DNA of 64,000 nucleotides, taken from contig JBBIOJ010000003.1 in the NCBI GenBank assembly GCA_037443445.1, positions 11,816 to 75,815 of the forward strand. Direction: 5' to 3'. Positions within the stretch are counted from its first letter, which is position 1. The number at the start of each line of letters is the position of its first letter. Positions 28,718 to 40,058 of this stretch are shown piece by piece. Both the position numbers and the translations under genes were made by a program. The notes beneath the pieces are model-generated. The model had not been told where the DNA came from and did no database searches. It saw only the letters and a program-made list of their open reading frames with translations. Source of the stretch: Desulfarculaceae bacterium. Its GTDB lineage: Bacteria > Desulfobacterota > Desulfocorpusculales > Desulfocorpusculum.

Positions 28718-30118
28718 TCAGCCTAGCTCCTCCTGTGCCATCAGTAGCCTTTCCACATAAGGCACAGCCCCTCTCTTGGCAAAAATGACCACCCGATCTC
28801 CCTCTCGTAACACAGTCTCCCCATGAGGTATCAGGATGGCACTTTCCCTGATAACAGCCCCTATGATTGCCTCCCTGGGAAACCTTATCTCCCTGAGGGG
28901 TTTATGCAACAGCTCTGAGCGATGCCCCACAAAAGCCTCCAGGGCTTCCGCAGTTTCCCCGCCCAGGGTGGCCACTCGAAGCACCTCTCCTTTTCTTACA
29001 TGGCGCAGAATCTTGTCCACTGCCGCCATCTGAGGGTTCAGCACCACGTCAACCCCTATGCTGGAAACAAGAGAGATGTAAGAGAGTCTGGAGACCAGGG
29101 CCATGGTGCGTTTGGCTCCGAGTCTCTTTGCCAAGAGAGCTACCAGGATGTTTTCCTCCTCGTCCTCCGAGGCTGAAATGAAGTAGTCTGCATCCTGCAC
29201 ATTGAACTCCAGGAGCAGGTCCTGGTCTGTACCCTCCCCGCACAAGACAGCCACCCGCTTGAACTGGGCCAACAACCTGTTGCAAAGAGCTTGGTCCGAG
29301 CAGATGAACTTCACAGAGAAGGGTTTTTCCTCAAGGATGGAGGCCAGATACTGGGCGATCTTGCTGGCCCCGTAAAGGATCACCCTTTGGGGAGTCTGTA
29401 TGCCTTTTCCCAGGGACTTGAGAGCCTCGAGCACCCTTTCTCTCTCGGCCACCAGGAACACCTGGTCTCCCTCCAGCACCAGATCCTCGCCATGAGGTAT
29501 TATCAGGGAATCTCCCCTTCTCAAGGCTGCTATGAGTATCTTTCCCCCTGGGGCCACCCCGGCCTGCACATCCCGAAGCCGGCGGTTCAGAAAGGGGCTG
29601 GTGCTGTCCATGCCGGTGCTTACCAGCAGTACTTTGCCTTCGGCAAATTCTGCCACCTCTCGACCCGATGGGATCTCCATGAGCTGGAGAGCCATGTGCG
29701 CTGCCTCCCTCTCGGGATGGAGGCAGAGATCTATCCGGTAGGGCTCGCCCCTGAGCTGATCCAGTGCAGCCTCATACGCCTGGTCGCGCACTCGGGCCAC
29801 TTTGACGGGCAGGCGGGTCAGTGAGGAGGCCATCAAACAGGACAGGATGTTGACCTCGTCGCTTCCTGTCACTGCCAGGAGCATGTCTGCCTGGGCGATT
29901 CCGGCTTCCTCAAGTACTCGGGGATCGGCTCCGTTGCCAGCCCTGACCTGCACGTCCAGGGCCATTCCCACACGCCTTGCCACTTCCTCACTGGTTTCGA
30001 TCAAGGTCACCTCATGATGCTCCCTGGAAAGCACTTGGGCAACATGAAGGCCCACCTCTCCAGCTCCCACTATGATAACCCTCAAGCCCTTCTCCTCCTT
30101 GCCCTGTTCATTTGCCAA
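28718..30118 (-). CDS. trkA: Trk potassium uptake system protein TrkA (tandem RCK/NAD-binding domains)
   Basis: Two Rossmann motifs (IIVGAGEVG and ILYGASKIA) and RCK_C domains. 466 aa. Confidence 0.85.
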   Translation of the reverse strand: MANEQGKEEKGLRVIIVGAGEVGLHVAQVLSREHHEVTLIETSEEVARRVGMALDVQVRAGNGADPRVLEEAGIAQADMLLAVTGSDEVNILSCLMASSLTRLPVKVARVRDQAYEAALDQLRGEPYRIDLCLHPEREAAHMALQLMEIPSGREVAEFAEGKVLLVSTGMDSTSPFLNRRLRDVQAGVAPGGKILIAALRRGDSLIIPHGEDLVLEGDQVFLVAERERVLEALKSLGKGIQTPQRVILYGASKIAQYLASILEEKPFSVKFICSDQALCNRLLAQFKRVAVLCGEGTDQDLLLEFNVQDADYFISASEDEEENILVALLAKRLGAKRTMALVSRLSYISLVSSIGVDVVLNPQMAAVDKILRHVRKGEVLRVATLGGETAEALEAFVGHRSELLHKPLREIRFPREAIIGAVIRESAILIPHGETVLREGDRVVIFAKRGAVPYVERLLMAQEELG

Positions 30119-30822
30119 AATTAAGAAAGATCAGAGTCAAGAAGCCCGCACGCTTGTAAGGACCAAGGCCCGATTATCCATGAAGGCCCGCGACCTTGGG
30201 GACCTCAGATCGCAGGCTCCCCGCACTTTTCCATTCCAGAGAGATCTCAACCCCTAATGTGTGGCGAACCATGACCGCAGGCAGCCTATCTTCCCTGTGC
30301 TGGCCTGGGGTTTCAGCCAAATTCGAGCATGTGGAGGCTTGAGCCCCTAGGCCCCCCGGGATGCCCCAAGTCGTCCAGGCCCAAGAGCTTTTTCTCGGGT
30401 AGTCTAGCACAGGCAGACTGTTTTGAAAAAAGCCTCCCAAGTATAAGCAGATCAAGAAGTTAAGTCACATCATTCAGCCCCGGGGAATAATCCGGGCCAC
30501 TCATCCCCTGGTTTCATGTTCTTGCTCCGGATCATCAGGGGATTGTTAGCATTAGGGGTTGCACCTCCCTCAGAGGGTAGCGGTAGCTTCTGCTTTTCCT
30601 GACAAGGGGTTTGCGCTCTTGGAATAACAGGATTTCCCGAGAAATTGGGGATCCCAAAGCCGGGGGTCCTGGGCTTTGGACATGATGGAGCCTTGCTCTT
30701 CAAGACATGCTCCGGCCGAGGGAATCAATTTTTTTAGTTAGACCGATTTCCCCCCGGGAGGGTTCACGGCACCTGGTCCCAAGGCTCTGACCTGCCTGCC
30801 CGGACCAAGCACAGAATCCCAA

Positions 30823-31305
30823 TCAGAAGGTTCCTGGCGGTGAGCCAGGCCTGCAATCCTTCAGGTTGAGGACCTTGTCCAGAATTCCGTTAATGAAGGC
30901 CGGCGAGTCCGCAGAGCCAAATCTCTTGCCCAACTCAATGGCCTCGTTGATGCTTACTCGCACAGGGATTTCAGGGCAGAAGAGAAGCTCATAGATGGCC
31001 AGTCTGAGGATGTTTCTGTCCACCGTGGTCATCCTGTCCACCCTCCAGTTCTGGGCCATTTTCATGAGCACTTGATCTATTTCATCTAGGTGTTTCCTGA
31101 CCCCTTGGACCAGCTCCGAGGCGAACTTTCTTGACTCCTGGGAGGGGGCTCCCCCCTCGGGATCTGAGACGGCCTCCTGTCCCGGTTCCCCCAGGCTCAG
31201 CAGCTTTAAGACCGAGCATAGACTGCTGTCCGTTTCCTCATGGGTCAGGTCTGCCCTGTACAGGACCTTCAACGCCAGTTCCCTCGCTCTTCTCCTGGAT
31301 CCCAT
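30823..31305 (-). CDS. nusB: Transcription antitermination factor NusB
   Basis: ARELALKVLYRADL...RMTTVDRNILRLAIYELLF...INGILDKV. Confidence 0.85.
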   Translation of the reverse strand: MGSRRRARELALKVLYRADLTHEETDSSLCSVLKLLSLGEPGQEAVSDPEGGAPSQESRKFASELVQGVRKHLDEIDQVLMKMAQNWRVDRMTTVDRNILRLAIYELLFCPEIPVRVSINEAIELGKRFGSADSPAFINGILDKVLNLKDCRPGSPPGTF

Positions 31306-31479
31306 GAGTTATCTCCACCCCTCGCCCGCCTCCCCAAGGCTTGAAGAACCTATGCGCTTTTCAAGAACTCTTTTTCCATCAAGACAATCAGTACGGCCAG
31401 AGGGCATGCCCAGCTCATGGGAAGGAGATCCCCTTAACATGCTGCCCAATTCACTGCCCGAGACATAGAGCCCTCAGGC

Positions 31480-31956
31480 TCAAGAGCTTTCAGCCAGAGC
31501 CCGGCGAAGCTGAACCAGTTCCATGGCAGCCATGGCCGCGTCCCAGCCCTTGTTCCCGGCTTTTGAGCCGGCCCTCTCTATGGCCTGCTCGAGGGTGTCG
31601 GTGGTGAGAACTCCAAACACCACCGGCACCGGGGCCTCCATGGAGACCTGTGCCACACCTTTAGAGACCTCTGCGGCTATGTACTCGAAATGAGGCGTGC
31701 TGCCCCTTATAACCGCCCCCAAGCATATGACCGCGTCGAAGTGACCGCTGTGGGCTGCCCAGCGGGCCACTGCAGGGATCTCGAAAGCTCCGGGCACCCT
31801 GATGACGTGCACATCCTGATCCAGGGCTCCGTGCCGGACCAGAGCGTCCACAGCCCCCTCCAGCAGCCTCCCACAGACAAATTCGTTGAAACGGCTTGCG
31901 ACTATGGCTATCCTGAGGCCCTCCGCACTTATCTTTCCTTCATGAACTATCGGCAT
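31480..31956 (-). CDS. ribH: 6,7-dimethyl-8-ribityllumazine synthase
   Basis: [22 protein letters not shown]...[11 protein letters not shown]. Confidence 0.9.
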   Translation of the reverse strand: MPIVHEGKISAEGLRIAIVASRFNEFVCGRLLEGAVDALVRHGALDQDVHVIRVPGAFEIPAVARWAAHSGHFDAVICLGAVIRGSTPHFEYIAAEVSKGVAQVSMEAPVPVVFGVLTTDTLEQAIERAGSKAGNKGWDAAMAAMELVQLRRALAESS

Positions 31957-32097
31957 TTGCGGCCCTCCAAAGCTCCCAATGAAACCGGTTTTCTCCTCTG
32001 GGAAGTTTTCTGGTCATGGGTTGCTTGACTCGAGCGGCTTCTCACACCAGCCCATGCGCCCAGCCCTTGAACCATCCCCCATTCTCAAGACCTTGCC

Positions 32098-33303
32098 TCA
32101 CTTGAGCTTCAACATATGACCCATCTTGTCCCGCTTTGTCATCAGGTACTTGAGGTTCCTCTGGTTGGGTTTCACCTCCAGAGGAACCCTTTCAACTATC
32201 TCCAGCCCGTAGCCCGCCAAGGCCACATACTTGGTGGGGTTGTTGGTCATGAGGCGCATGCGCCTTATGCCCAGATCCATCAGTATCTGGGCGCCAACCC
32301 CATAGTCCCTCTGGTCCACCGGAAGTCCCAATTCCAAATTGGCCTCCACCGTATCCTTGCCTTGGTCTTGAAGCACGTAAGCCCTAAGCTTGTTGCAAAG
32401 CCCTATTCCCCTGCCTTCCTGCCTCATGTACACCAAAGCTCCCCTGCCTTCCTGCTGGATCATTCGCATGGCAGTGTGAAGTTGCTCTCCGCAGTCACAC
32501 CTCTGGGAGTGCAGCACGTCCCCGGTAATACACTCGGAATGCACCCTTACCAGGACAGGCTCCTGAGGCTCCCAGTTCCCAAGGACCAGGGCCAAGTGTT
32601 CATTGGGATCCACATCGTTCTCGTACGCTATTGCCTTGAACTCGCCGGCGATAGCCGTGGGCAGCACTGTCTCGGCAACTCGCCGCACCAACCTCTCGTG
32701 TTGGAGTCTGTAATTTATCAAATCTGCTATGGTGACTATCTTGAGTCCGTGCTCTTGGGCGAAGATCTCCAGATCTGGCCTGCGGGCCATGGTGCCGTCC
32801 TCGTTCATAATCTCGCATATGACACCCATGGGTTTCAAACCGGCCAGCCTGGCCAGATCCACCGACCCCTCTGTCTGGCCCGTGCGAGCCAGGACACCTC
32901 CAGGCTTGGCAATGAGGGGAAAGACGTGCCCTGGCCTCGCTATGTCCTGGGGAGTGGTTCGATCATCCGCGAGGGTTTGGACGGTAATTGCCCTGTCATA
33001 GGCGGATATGCCCGTGGTGATCCCCTTTTTTGCATCCACCGAGACAGTAAAAGCTGTTCTGAAAGGGCTGGTGTTGTCCTGGACCATGGGAGGAAGGTTC
33101 AGCTTGGCTGCCCTTTCCTCAGTCATGGACACGCAGATGAGCCCTCTTCCGAACTTTGCCATGAAATTGACATGCTCGGGGGTGACCTTCTCGGCCGCCA
33201 TGGTCAAATCCCCTTCGTTCTCCCTGTCCTCGTCGTCCACCAGGATCACCATGCGCCCTTCCCGGATCTCCTTGATGGCCTCCTCGATAGTGGCAAACGA
33301 CAT
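32098..33303 (-). CDS. ribBA: Bifunctional 3,4-dihydroxy-2-butanone-4-phosphate synthase / GTP cyclohydrolase II
   Basis: N-terminal DHBP synthase ([12 protein letters not shown]) and C-terminal GTP cyclohydrolase II ([19 protein letters not shown]). 401 aa. Confidence 0.9.
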   Translation of the reverse strand: MSFATIEEAIKEIREGRMVILVDDEDRENEGDLTMAAEKVTPEHVNFMAKFGRGLICVSMTEERAAKLNLPPMVQDNTSPFRTAFTVSVDAKKGITTGISAYDRAITVQTLADDRTTPQDIARPGHVFPLIAKPGGVLARTGQTEGSVDLARLAGLKPMGVICEIMNEDGTMARRPDLEIFAQEHGLKIVTIADLINYRLQHERLVRRVAETVLPTAIAGEFKAIAYENDVDPNEHLALVLGNWEPQEPVLVRVHSECITGDVLHSQRCDCGEQLHTAMRMIQQEGRGALVYMRQEGRGIGLCNKLRAYVLQDQGKDTVEANLELGLPVDQRDYGVGAQILMDLGIRRMRLMTNNPTKYVALAGYGLEIVERVPLEVKPNQRNLKYLMTKRDKMGHMLKLK

Positions 33304-33389
33304 GAAAACCTCCTTAAATCAAAGCCCTAGTCACTTAACGCCTGGGTTCTCTACACCCCGGATCCCACCTCAGGGATCTGAAGCAGGCC

Positions 33390-34052
33390 TCAGGGAAGGT
33401 AGCCGTGTTCTTTCAAGAGTTCTTCGGTCACTTTGCCACGGCCTGCCTGGGGAAGGCTGCGGGTGCGGCTCTCCAGAAGCTTCTCCACGTACTTCCCCAG
33501 GATGTCGCATTCTATGTTTAGCCTTGCCCCAACACCCTTCATGGCCAGGGCTGTTCGGCTGATGGTGTGGGCAATGAGAGCCAGGCCGAACCAGTCTGAT
33601 CCGCAGCGGTTTATGGTCAGACTGATACCATCCACAGCCACCGAGCCCTTCTCAACCAGATAGCGGCCCAGTCCACCAGGCACTCCTATCTCCAACTCCA
33701 GATACCTGGTGGCAGTCTGTCTTCTCTTGAGTATTCCCACCCCGTCCACGTGCCCCGTGACCAGATGACCTCCCAAGCGGTCCGAGACCCTCAGCGCACG
33801 CTCCAAGTTCACGGGCCGTCCCGGTTCCGCTTCCCCCAGAGTGGTTCGCTCCAGGGTTTCTGGAGAAACTTCCACCTGGAATTCTTCTGGGCCAAAGGAA
33901 ACCACGGTGAGGCAGACTCCGTCCACAGCCACACTCTCCCCCAGTTGGGGATTCTCCTCCAGAAGCCGACTTTGGATGGTGAGTCGCAGGAGCTCCCCGC
34001 GGCGCTCCAGCCTTCTTACAAGTCCAACGTCCTGGATCAAGCCGGTGAACAC
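33390..34052 (-). CDS. ribE: Riboflavin synthase alpha subunit
   Basis: MFTGLIQDVG...VAVDGVCLTVV with two lumazine-binding repeats. 220 aa. Confidence 0.85.
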   Translation of the reverse strand: MFTGLIQDVGLVRRLERRGELLRLTIQSRLLEENPQLGESVAVDGVCLTVVSFGPEEFQVEVSPETLERTTLGEAEPGRPVNLERALRVSDRLGGHLVTGHVDGVGILKRRQTATRYLELEIGVPGGLGRYLVEKGSVAVDGISLTINRCGSDWFGLALIAHTISRTALAMKGVGARLNIECDILGKYVEKLLESRTRSLPQAGRGKVTEELLKEHGYLP

Positions 34053-34075
34053 TTCAGCCTCCCAGGGAAAAGAGC

Positions 34076-34558
34076 TCAGGATGGTTTTCTCTCCTTGTCC
34101 TGGCTCTGGCTGGCGGCCAGCAATTCCCTAACTTCCTCTATGAACTGGGTGATATCCTTGAACTGTCTGTACACAGAGGCGAACCGGACATAGGCCACGT
34201 CATCCAAGCGATAAAGGGCCCTCATGACCATCTCCCCGATGGCTGAACTGTGGATCTCCTTTTCCCCCATCTCCTGGAAATGACGCTCTATCCCAGAGGT
34301 CACCTCCTCGAGAACCTCCACGCTTATGGGTCTCTTCTCACAGGCTTTCTTGAGCCCTGCCATGATCTTGTTTCGATCAAAGACCTCCCTGGAACCGTCT
34401 TTTTTTATGACCAGGGGCAGAATCTCCTCCACCCTCTCGTATGTGGTAAAACGACGCTGGCAACTCAAACACTCCCTTCTTCTTCGAATCACGTCCCCTT
34501 CCCTGGACAAACGGGAATCTATGACCCTGTTGTCTAGGCTCTTGCAGAAGGGACACTT
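34076..34558 (-). CDS. nrdR: Transcriptional repressor NrdR
   Basis: MKCPFC...C...C zinc ribbon plus ATP-cone. Start placed at MKCPFCKS. Confidence 0.85.
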   Translation of the reverse strand, partial: KCPFCKSLDNRVIDSRLSREGDVIRRRRECLSCQRRFTTYERVEEILPLVIKKDGSREVFDRNKIMAGLKKACEKRPISVEVLEEVTSGIERHFQEMGEKEIHSSAIGEMVMRALYRLDDVAYVRFASVYRQFKDITQFIEEVRELLAASQSQDKERKPS

Positions 34559-34562
34559 CATG

Positions 34563-35006
34563 CTATCCTCCCAGTCTCTCCACAGAGATACCGCTGCAGG
34601 AAAGCATTTCAGCCGAAAGCTGATCTGCATATCCTTCTTGGTAAACTATTCTCAAGATCCCCGCATTGATTATCATCTTAGTGCAAATTACACAGGGGTG
34701 GGTGGTGGAATAGATGGTGGCCCCCTTGATTCCAACCCCATGGTTGGCGGCCTGGATTATGGCGTTCTGTTCCGCATGCAGCCCCCTGCACAACTCGTGA
34801 CGTTCCCCCGAGGGGATTCCCCTAAGCTCCCTGAGACAACCCACCTCCTCGCAGTGGGGCAGGCCACTGGGAGGGCCATTGTAACCCGTTGCGAGAATCT
34901 GCCTGTCCCTCACGAGCACGGCTCCCACTTGCCGTCTGAGGCAGGTAGACCTCCTGGAGACCAGCCGGGTGATCTCCATGAAGTACTCGTCCCAGCTAAG
35001 CCTCAT
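34563..35006 (-). CDS. dCMP deaminase / cytidine-deoxycytidylate deaminase family (ComEB-like)
   Basis: HAEQNAI and PCVICTKMI zinc-binding motifs. Start at MRLSWDEYF overlapping the glyA stop (ATGA). No ribD reductase domain is present. Confidence 0.75.
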   Translation of the reverse strand: MRLSWDEYFMEITRLVSRRSTCLRRQVGAVLVRDRQILATGYNGPPSGLPHCEEVGCLRELRGIPSGERHELCRGLHAEQNAIIQAANHGVGIKGATIYSTTHPCVICTKMIINAGILRIVYQEGYADQLSAEMLSCSGISVERLGG

Positions 35007-36292
35007 GGCGCGGCCTTGGCCTGCCCTGAACCCCGGGTTCTGTACTGCCCGAGCCTGGCCGGATACACCGGGAATCGGCTGCACAGCTCCCTCACTTGAG
35101 TGCGGACTTCGGCTATGGTCTTCTCGTCCTGCGGGGTCTGAAGCACCCTGTGGATAAGTTTGGCTATGAGTCGCATCTGGGCCAGCCCCATTCCTCTGGT
35201 GGTTACCGCAGGGGTGCCTATCCTTATGCCGCTTGTTACCTGCACGCTCAGTGGATCAAAAGGGATTGCATTCTTATTTACTGTTATGCCGGCCCTGTCC
35301 AGGGCCTCCTCAGCCTCTGCCCCCGTGATCTTTTGCCCTGTAAGGTCCACGCAGAAAAGATGGTTGTCCGTCCCGCCCGAAACTATGGAATAGCCCATTT
35401 CCATGAGGCTTTGGGCAAGGCACCTGGAGTTGGAGACCACCTTTTGCTGATAGATCCTAAACTCCTCCTGGAGTGCTTCCTTAAAGGCCACGGCCTTGGC
35501 CGCGATCACGTGCATGAGTGGTCCTCCCTGAATACCAGGGAAGACTGCTGAGTCTATGGCTTGAGCATACCGGGACTTGCATAGTATCAACCCACCCCTG
35601 GGGCCCCTGAGGGTCTTGTGGGTCGTGGCCGTGACAAAATCAGCGTGGGGTACCGGGCTTGGGTGAAGTCCAGAGGCCACCAGTCCGGCTATGTGGGCCA
35701 TGTCCACCATGAGGTACGCTCCCACTTCCCCCGCTATGTCTGCAAAGGCCTCGAAATCTATGATGCGGCTATAGGAGCTTGCGCCGGCCACTATCATTCG
35801 GGGCCTGGTGGCCAGGGCTATCTGGCGGATCTCCCCATAGTCCAGCATCTGATTGTCAGGTCTTACCCCGTAAGATACCGCATGGTAGAGCCTTCCCGAG
35901 AAACTGGCTTGAGCCCCGTGGGTCAGATGCCCTCCATGGGCCAAGCGCATTCCCAAAATCCTGTCGCCAGGCTTCAGGGTAGCCAAGTAAACGGCCATGT
36001 TGGCAGCGGAGCCCGTCACAGGCTGCACATTGGCGTGCTCAGCCCCGAAGAGCTCCATTGCCCTGTGCACCGCCAGCCTTTCCACCCTGTCCACGTGCTG
36101 ACAGCCCCCGTAGTACCTCTTGCCAGGGTAGCCCTCGGCATACTTGTTGGTCATCACCCCGCCCTGGGCCTCCAGGACCGCCTCGCTGGCATAATTCTCC
36201 GAGGCTATGAGCACCAAGCGATTCTCCTGGCGTTCCAGCTCGTCTTGAAGAGCCTGGGCTACTTCAGGATCCACTTCCATAAGCCTGGACAA
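35003..36292 (-). CDS. glyA: Serine hydroxymethyltransferase
   Basis: [36 protein letters not shown] and the [15 protein letters not shown] site. 429 aa. Confidence 0.9.
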   Translation of the reverse strand: MSRLMEVDPEVAQALQDELERQENRLVLIASENYASEAVLEAQGGVMTNKYAEGYPGKRYYGGCQHVDRVERLAVHRAMELFGAEHANVQPVTGSAANMAVYLATLKPGDRILGMRLAHGGHLTHGAQASFSGRLYHAVSYGVRPDNQMLDYGEIRQIALATRPRMIVAGASSYSRIIDFEAFADIAGEVGAYLMVDMAHIAGLVASGLHPSPVPHADFVTATTHKTLRGPRGGLILCKSRYAQAIDSAVFPGIQGGPLMHVIAAKAVAFKEALQEEFRIYQQKVVSNSRCLAQSLMEMGYSIVSGGTDNHLFCVDLTGQKITGAEAEEALDRAGITVNKNAIPFDPLSVQVTSGIRIGTPAVTTRGMGLAQMRLIAKLIHRVLQTPQDEKTIAEVRTQVRELCSRFPVYPARLGQYRTRGSGQAKAAP

Positions 36293-36295
36293 TAC

Positions 36296-36766
36296 TCAAA
36301 CCCCTCCCCCTTGATCAGGGATCTTCTTTTCAAGTTCCTTTATCTGGGCCAGACGGAGCTCGTGCCTCCCTCCTTCAAAAGGAGTCTCCAGCCAGAGCTT
36401 CACTATCTCTTTGGCCAGGCCCTTTCCCAAGACCCTTCCTCCCAGGGCCAAGCAGTTGGCATCATTGTGCTTTCTGCTCATTATCGCAGTGTAGAGGTCA
36501 TGGCAAAGGGCTGCCCTTACCCCAGGAAAGCGGTTTGCCACTATGGACATACCTATGCCGGTCCCGCAGATCAAGATTCCCCGGTCTGCCTGCCCGCCCA
36601 GAAGTTGGCGGGCTACCAGAGCGGCAAAACTCGGATAGTGTACAGACTCTTCCCCTTGGGTTCCCAGGTCCTGTACCTGATGGCCCATTTCCTCCAGAAA
36701 CCTCTTGAGCTCCTCCTTGAGCTCAAAGCCCCCGTGGTCGGCCCCTATGGCTATTCGGTATCTCAT
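36296..36766 (-). CDS. rpiB: Ribose-5-phosphate isomerase B
   Basis: [20 protein letters not shown]...[14 protein letters not shown]. Confidence 0.85.
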   Translation of the reverse strand: MRYRIAIGADHGGFELKEELKRFLEEMGHQVQDLGTQGEESVHYPSFAALVARQLLGGQADRGILICGTGIGMSIVANRFPGVRAALCHDLYTAIMSRKHNDANCLALGGRVLGKGLAKEIVKLWLETPFEGGRHELRLAQIKELEKKIPDQGGGV

Positions 36767-36883
36767 CCCATTCTTATTCTAACAGGTCGGCGCAAGAGAT
36801 GGATCCCTCTTTCAGACGGCTGTAACAATACCGCTGCCGCCCTCAATCCCAAGGGAAAAGGCAGGTGGGATGGCGAGTCAGCG

Positions 36884-36911
36884 GCGGCCGCCCTGACCTA
36901 GTGCGGCCGCC
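36884..36911 (-). terminator. Perfect 9-bp GC hairpin (GGCGGCCGC-N10-GCGGCCGCC) just downstream of acpP; terminator-like but no U-tract
   Basis: Palindrome seen directly in sequence 10-40 nt after the acpP stop. Lacks a poly-U tail, so intrinsic-terminator status is uncertain. Confidence 0.25.
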
Positions 36912-36920
36912 CACTGCCCC

Positions 36921-37163
36921 CTACACTCTTTCTGCGATGTAATTTATGGCATCCTGGACGGTCTGGATTTTCTCGGCGTCCTCGTCCGAGATTTCCATGT
37001 CGAATTCCTCCTCCAGGGCCATGATGAGCTCCACCAGATCCAGAGAGTCGGCTCCCAGGTCGTCCACGAAGGAAGCCTCGGGCACGATTTCCTCCTCGCT
37101 AATACCCAGCTGCTCCGCGATGATCTCCTTGAGTCGTCGCGTTATTTGCTCCAGATCTGCCAT
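36921..37163 (-). CDS. acpP: Acyl carrier protein
   Basis: [19 protein letters not shown] phosphopantetheine attachment motif. 80 aa. Confidence 0.95.
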   Translation of the reverse strand: MADLEQITRRLKEIIAEQLGISEEEIVPEASFVDDLGADSLDLVELIMALEEEFDMEISDEDAEKIQTVQDAINYIAERV

Positions 37164-37272
37164 TCCACATCACCTCCTTGAGCAATTTCTGAGTTTCCCA
37201 ACTTTCATCCTCGTTGGTCTTCAAAGAGTTCCTGGGGCACACAAAGCTCTGCGTCCTGCTGCGGGGGCCCCA

Positions 37273-38037
37273 TCAGATGTAAAGCCCGCCGCTTACGTTG
37301 ATGACCTCCCCGGTTATGTAATGGGATGCGGGGGAAACCAAGAAAAACACGGCCCAGGCCACATCCTCTGGAGTCCCGAATCTGGCCAGGGGGATGCTCC
37401 CCAATACCTCTTCTCTCACCTTCCCGGGCAATCTGTCTGTCATGTCCGTGGTTATGAAACCAGGACACACGGCATTCACCCTGATGTTCCAAGGGGCCAG
37501 CTCCTTTGCCAAAGCCTTGGTGAGCCCTATGAGGCCGGCTTTGGAAGCAGAATAGTTGGCCTGTCCCGCATTGCCCGCAAGCCCGGCCACTGATGCCATG
37601 TTCACGATGCAACCCCTTCGCTTCTTCATCATGGCGCGGGCCACTGCCCTGCTGCAGTTGAAGGCCCCGTCCAGGTTCACCTGCATCACCTGACGCCACT
37701 CCTCTGGCTTCATTCGCACGAAGAGCTGGTCCCTTGTGATTCCGGCGTTGTTTACCAGCACATCTATGGAACCATGCCTCTGCTGGATCTCCTGACATGC
37801 CAGCTGCACCTGCTCAGGGTCTGCTACGTCAAAGGGCTTGAGTTCGCAGGTGCCCCCCTGGGCGATTATCTGTTCTTCCAGCTCCTGGGCCGCACTCTGA
37901 GAGCTCTGATAATTGATCACCACGCGCGCTCCGGCTCGGGCCAGAAGCTGGCTTATGGCCCTTCCTATCCCCCTGGAGCCTCCAGTTACCAGGGCCACCT
38001 GCCCGGAAAGATTCAAGACCCTATCTTCCATATCCAT
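37273..38037 (-). CDS. fabG: 3-oxoacyl-[ACP] reductase
   Basis: TGGSRGIGRAI, NNAG, YSASKAGLIGLTK. 254 aa. Confidence 0.9.
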   Translation of the reverse strand: MDMEDRVLNLSGQVALVTGGSRGIGRAISQLLARAGARVVINYQSSQSAAQELEEQIIAQGGTCELKPFDVADPEQVQLACQEIQQRHGSIDVLVNNAGITRDQLFVRMKPEEWRQVMQVNLDGAFNCSRAVARAMMKKRRGCIVNMASVAGLAGNAGQANYSASKAGLIGLTKALAKELAPWNIRVNAVCPGFITTDMTDRLPGKVREEVLGSIPLARFGTPEDVAWAVFFLVSPASHYITGEVINVSGGLYI

Positions 38038-38041
38038 TACC

Positions 38042-38980
38042 TCATCCCAGGGCCTTGGCCAGCTCCTGGAGACCTGCCGGGTCCTCCACCTGGAGCCCGA
38101 CTATACCCGGAGAGATGCGCTTCAAGAGCCCCACCAGCACCTTCTTGGGTCCCAGCTCCACCGCCATCTGGATTCCCCAGGAAGCCATCAGTTGCATGCT
38201 CTCCTCCCAGCGCACAGGAAGGCTAACCTGTCTGGCCAGTATGTCCACCGCCGCATTCCCCGAAGGGTATGGACTGGCATCCACGTTGGAGATGACAGGG
38301 AAGATAGGATCGCGGAAACTTATGTCCTTCAGCACTCCTTTGAGCCTTTCCCCGGCAGGGGCAAGAAGCGGGGAGTGAAAAGGGGCGCTCACTGGCAGCT
38401 CCACAACCTTCTTGGCCCCCCCCTGTCTGGCCGCTTTCCCAACCCTTTGCACCGCAGAGGCATGTCCAGAGACCACCACCTGACCCGGGCCGTTGTAATT
38501 GGCTGCCACTACCACCTCTGAGCCAGCCGCCTCTTTGCAAATGCGATCCACTTCCGCGGCATCCATGCCCAGAATGGCCGCCATGGCCCCTTGGCCCTCT
38601 GGGACCGCCTCCTGCATGAACTGGCCCCTTTTTCTAACAGCTTGGACCGCCTCGGGAAAACTCAGGGCCCCTGCTGCCACCAGGGCCGAGTATTCGCCCA
38701 AGGAATGTCCTGCAGCGCATGCAGGTTGAATCCCCAGCTCCTCCACCGCCACTCTGTAGACCGCAACGCTCAAGCTCAGGATGGCGGGTTGGGCATTGGC
38801 GGTCAATCTAAGGCGATCTTCAGGCCCCTCCAGACAGAGCCGGAGAATATCTTCCCCCAGCACATCACTGGCCTCCTGAAAAATTCTCCTGGCCACAGGG
38901 AACTGTTCAAGAAGCTCCTTGCCCATGCCTACGTACTGGGAACCCTGCCCTGGGAAAAGCAACCCCAATTTTCTTGCCAT
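38042..38980 (-). CDS. fabD: Malonyl CoA-ACP transacylase
   Basis: LFPGQGSQYVGMG, GHSLGEYSAL. 312 aa. Confidence 0.9.
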   Translation of the reverse strand: MARKLGLLFPGQGSQYVGMGKELLEQFPVARRIFQEASDVLGEDILRLCLEGPEDRLRLTANAQPAILSLSVAVYRVAVEELGIQPACAAGHSLGEYSALVAAGALSFPEAVQAVRKRGQFMQEAVPEGQGAMAAILGMDAAEVDRICKEAAGSEVVVAANYNGPGQVVVSGHASAVQRVGKAARQGGAKKVVELPVSAPFHSPLLAPAGERLKGVLKDISFRDPIFPVISNVDASPYPSGNAAVDILARQVSLPVRWEESMQLMASWGIQMAVELGPKKVLVGLLKRISPGIVGLQVEDPAGLQELAKALG

Positions 38981-39020
38981 TTATGTCGAACCTCCCCCTG
39001 AGAAGGCCTTGCAGCTTTCC

Positions 39021-40049
39021 CTAAAACCTGAACAACCCCGCCCCCCAGGTGAAGCCAGCCCCGAAAGAGTCCACCAGGATGAGGTCGCCCCGGCGTATTT
39101 TCCCGCTTCTTACCCCCTCGTCAAGTGCCGTGGGAATAGAGGCCGCCGAGGTATTCCCGTACTTGTGCACTGTGACTATTACCTTCTCCGGCGGGATCTC
39201 CAACCTCTTGGCCACCACCTCCATTATCCTCAAATTGGCCTGGTGAGGGATGAACCAATCCAGATCCTCAGGAGTCACCCCGTTGCTTTGCATGACCTCC
39301 TGGCCGGCCTCCACCATGCTTCGAACAGCGTGCTTGAAAACCTCGTTGCCCTGCATTCGCAGGTACTGAAGGCCCTGATCCACCATTTGGTGGGTGGGGG
39401 GATTGCGGGAGCCGCCCCCGGGAAGGTGAAGCAATTCCCAGAGGCTCCCGTCCGAGTAAAGATGGGTGGAGAGGATTTCACCGTCTCCGTTTCCGTTGGA
39501 GGTGCCCAGAACCACTGCACCAGCTCCGTCTCCGAAAAGAACGCAGGTGCTCCTGTCTGCATAGTCCACCCGGTTGGAAATCACCTCCCCTCCCACCACC
39601 AGAGCGTTTCGGAAAGTGCTGTCCTGGATGAACCGATGCGCCACCGAGAGGGAGTAAATGAAGCCCGGACAGGCTGCATTCAGATCAAAGGCAACGGCCT
39701 TTCTGGCACCCAGCCGATGCTGCAGGATGCAAGCCGCCGAGGGAGTCACCATATCGGCGGAGACGGTTCCCACCACTATCAACTCCAGTTCCTCTGCCTG
39801 TAGCCCCGCCATTTCCAGGGCTCTCTCGGCAGCCGGGACAGCCATGTCTGTGAGGGCTTGTCCTGGCTTGACCATGCGCCTTTCCTGGATCCCCGTTCTT
39901 GTTCGAATCCACTCGTCGCTTGTCTCCACGAGGCTTTCGAAGAAGGAATTGGGGACCACCCTCTCGGGTACATACGACCCTGTTCCCTTTATGCAGACTT
40001 TGTTCACGAAGTCACCTTGTCCGTAGGATTTGCCCCAGAGCATGGGCAC
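39021..40049 (-). CDS. fabH: 3-oxoacyl-[ACP] synthase III
   Basis: GTGSYVPERVVPN, active-site Cys (AACPGF), His/Asn region. True start is probably the GTG at about 40007 (VNKVCIKGTG). Confidence 0.85.
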   Translation of the reverse strand: MPMLWGKSYGQGDFVNKVCIKGTGSYVPERVVPNSFFESLVETSDEWIRTRTGIQERRMVKPGQALTDMAVPAAERALEMAGLQAEELELIVVGTVSADMVTPSAACILQHRLGARKAVAFDLNAACPGFIYSLSVAHRFIQDSTFRNALVVGGEVISNRVDYADRSTCVLFGDGAGAVVLGTSNGNGDGEILSTHLYSDGSLWELLHLPGGGSRNPPTHQMVDQGLQYLRMQGNEVFKHAVRSMVEAGQEVMQSNGVTPEDLDWFIPHQANLRIMEVVAKRLEIPPEKVIVTVHKYGNTSAASIPTALDEGVRSGKIRRGDLILVDSFGAGFTWGAGLFRF

Positions 40050-40058
40050 GGGTCAGTC

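Noticed and set aside
36884-36911. Intrinsic terminator after acpP
   Set aside because: A perfect GC-rich hairpin is present but there is no U-tract, so it is listed only as a low-confidence terminator-like structure.
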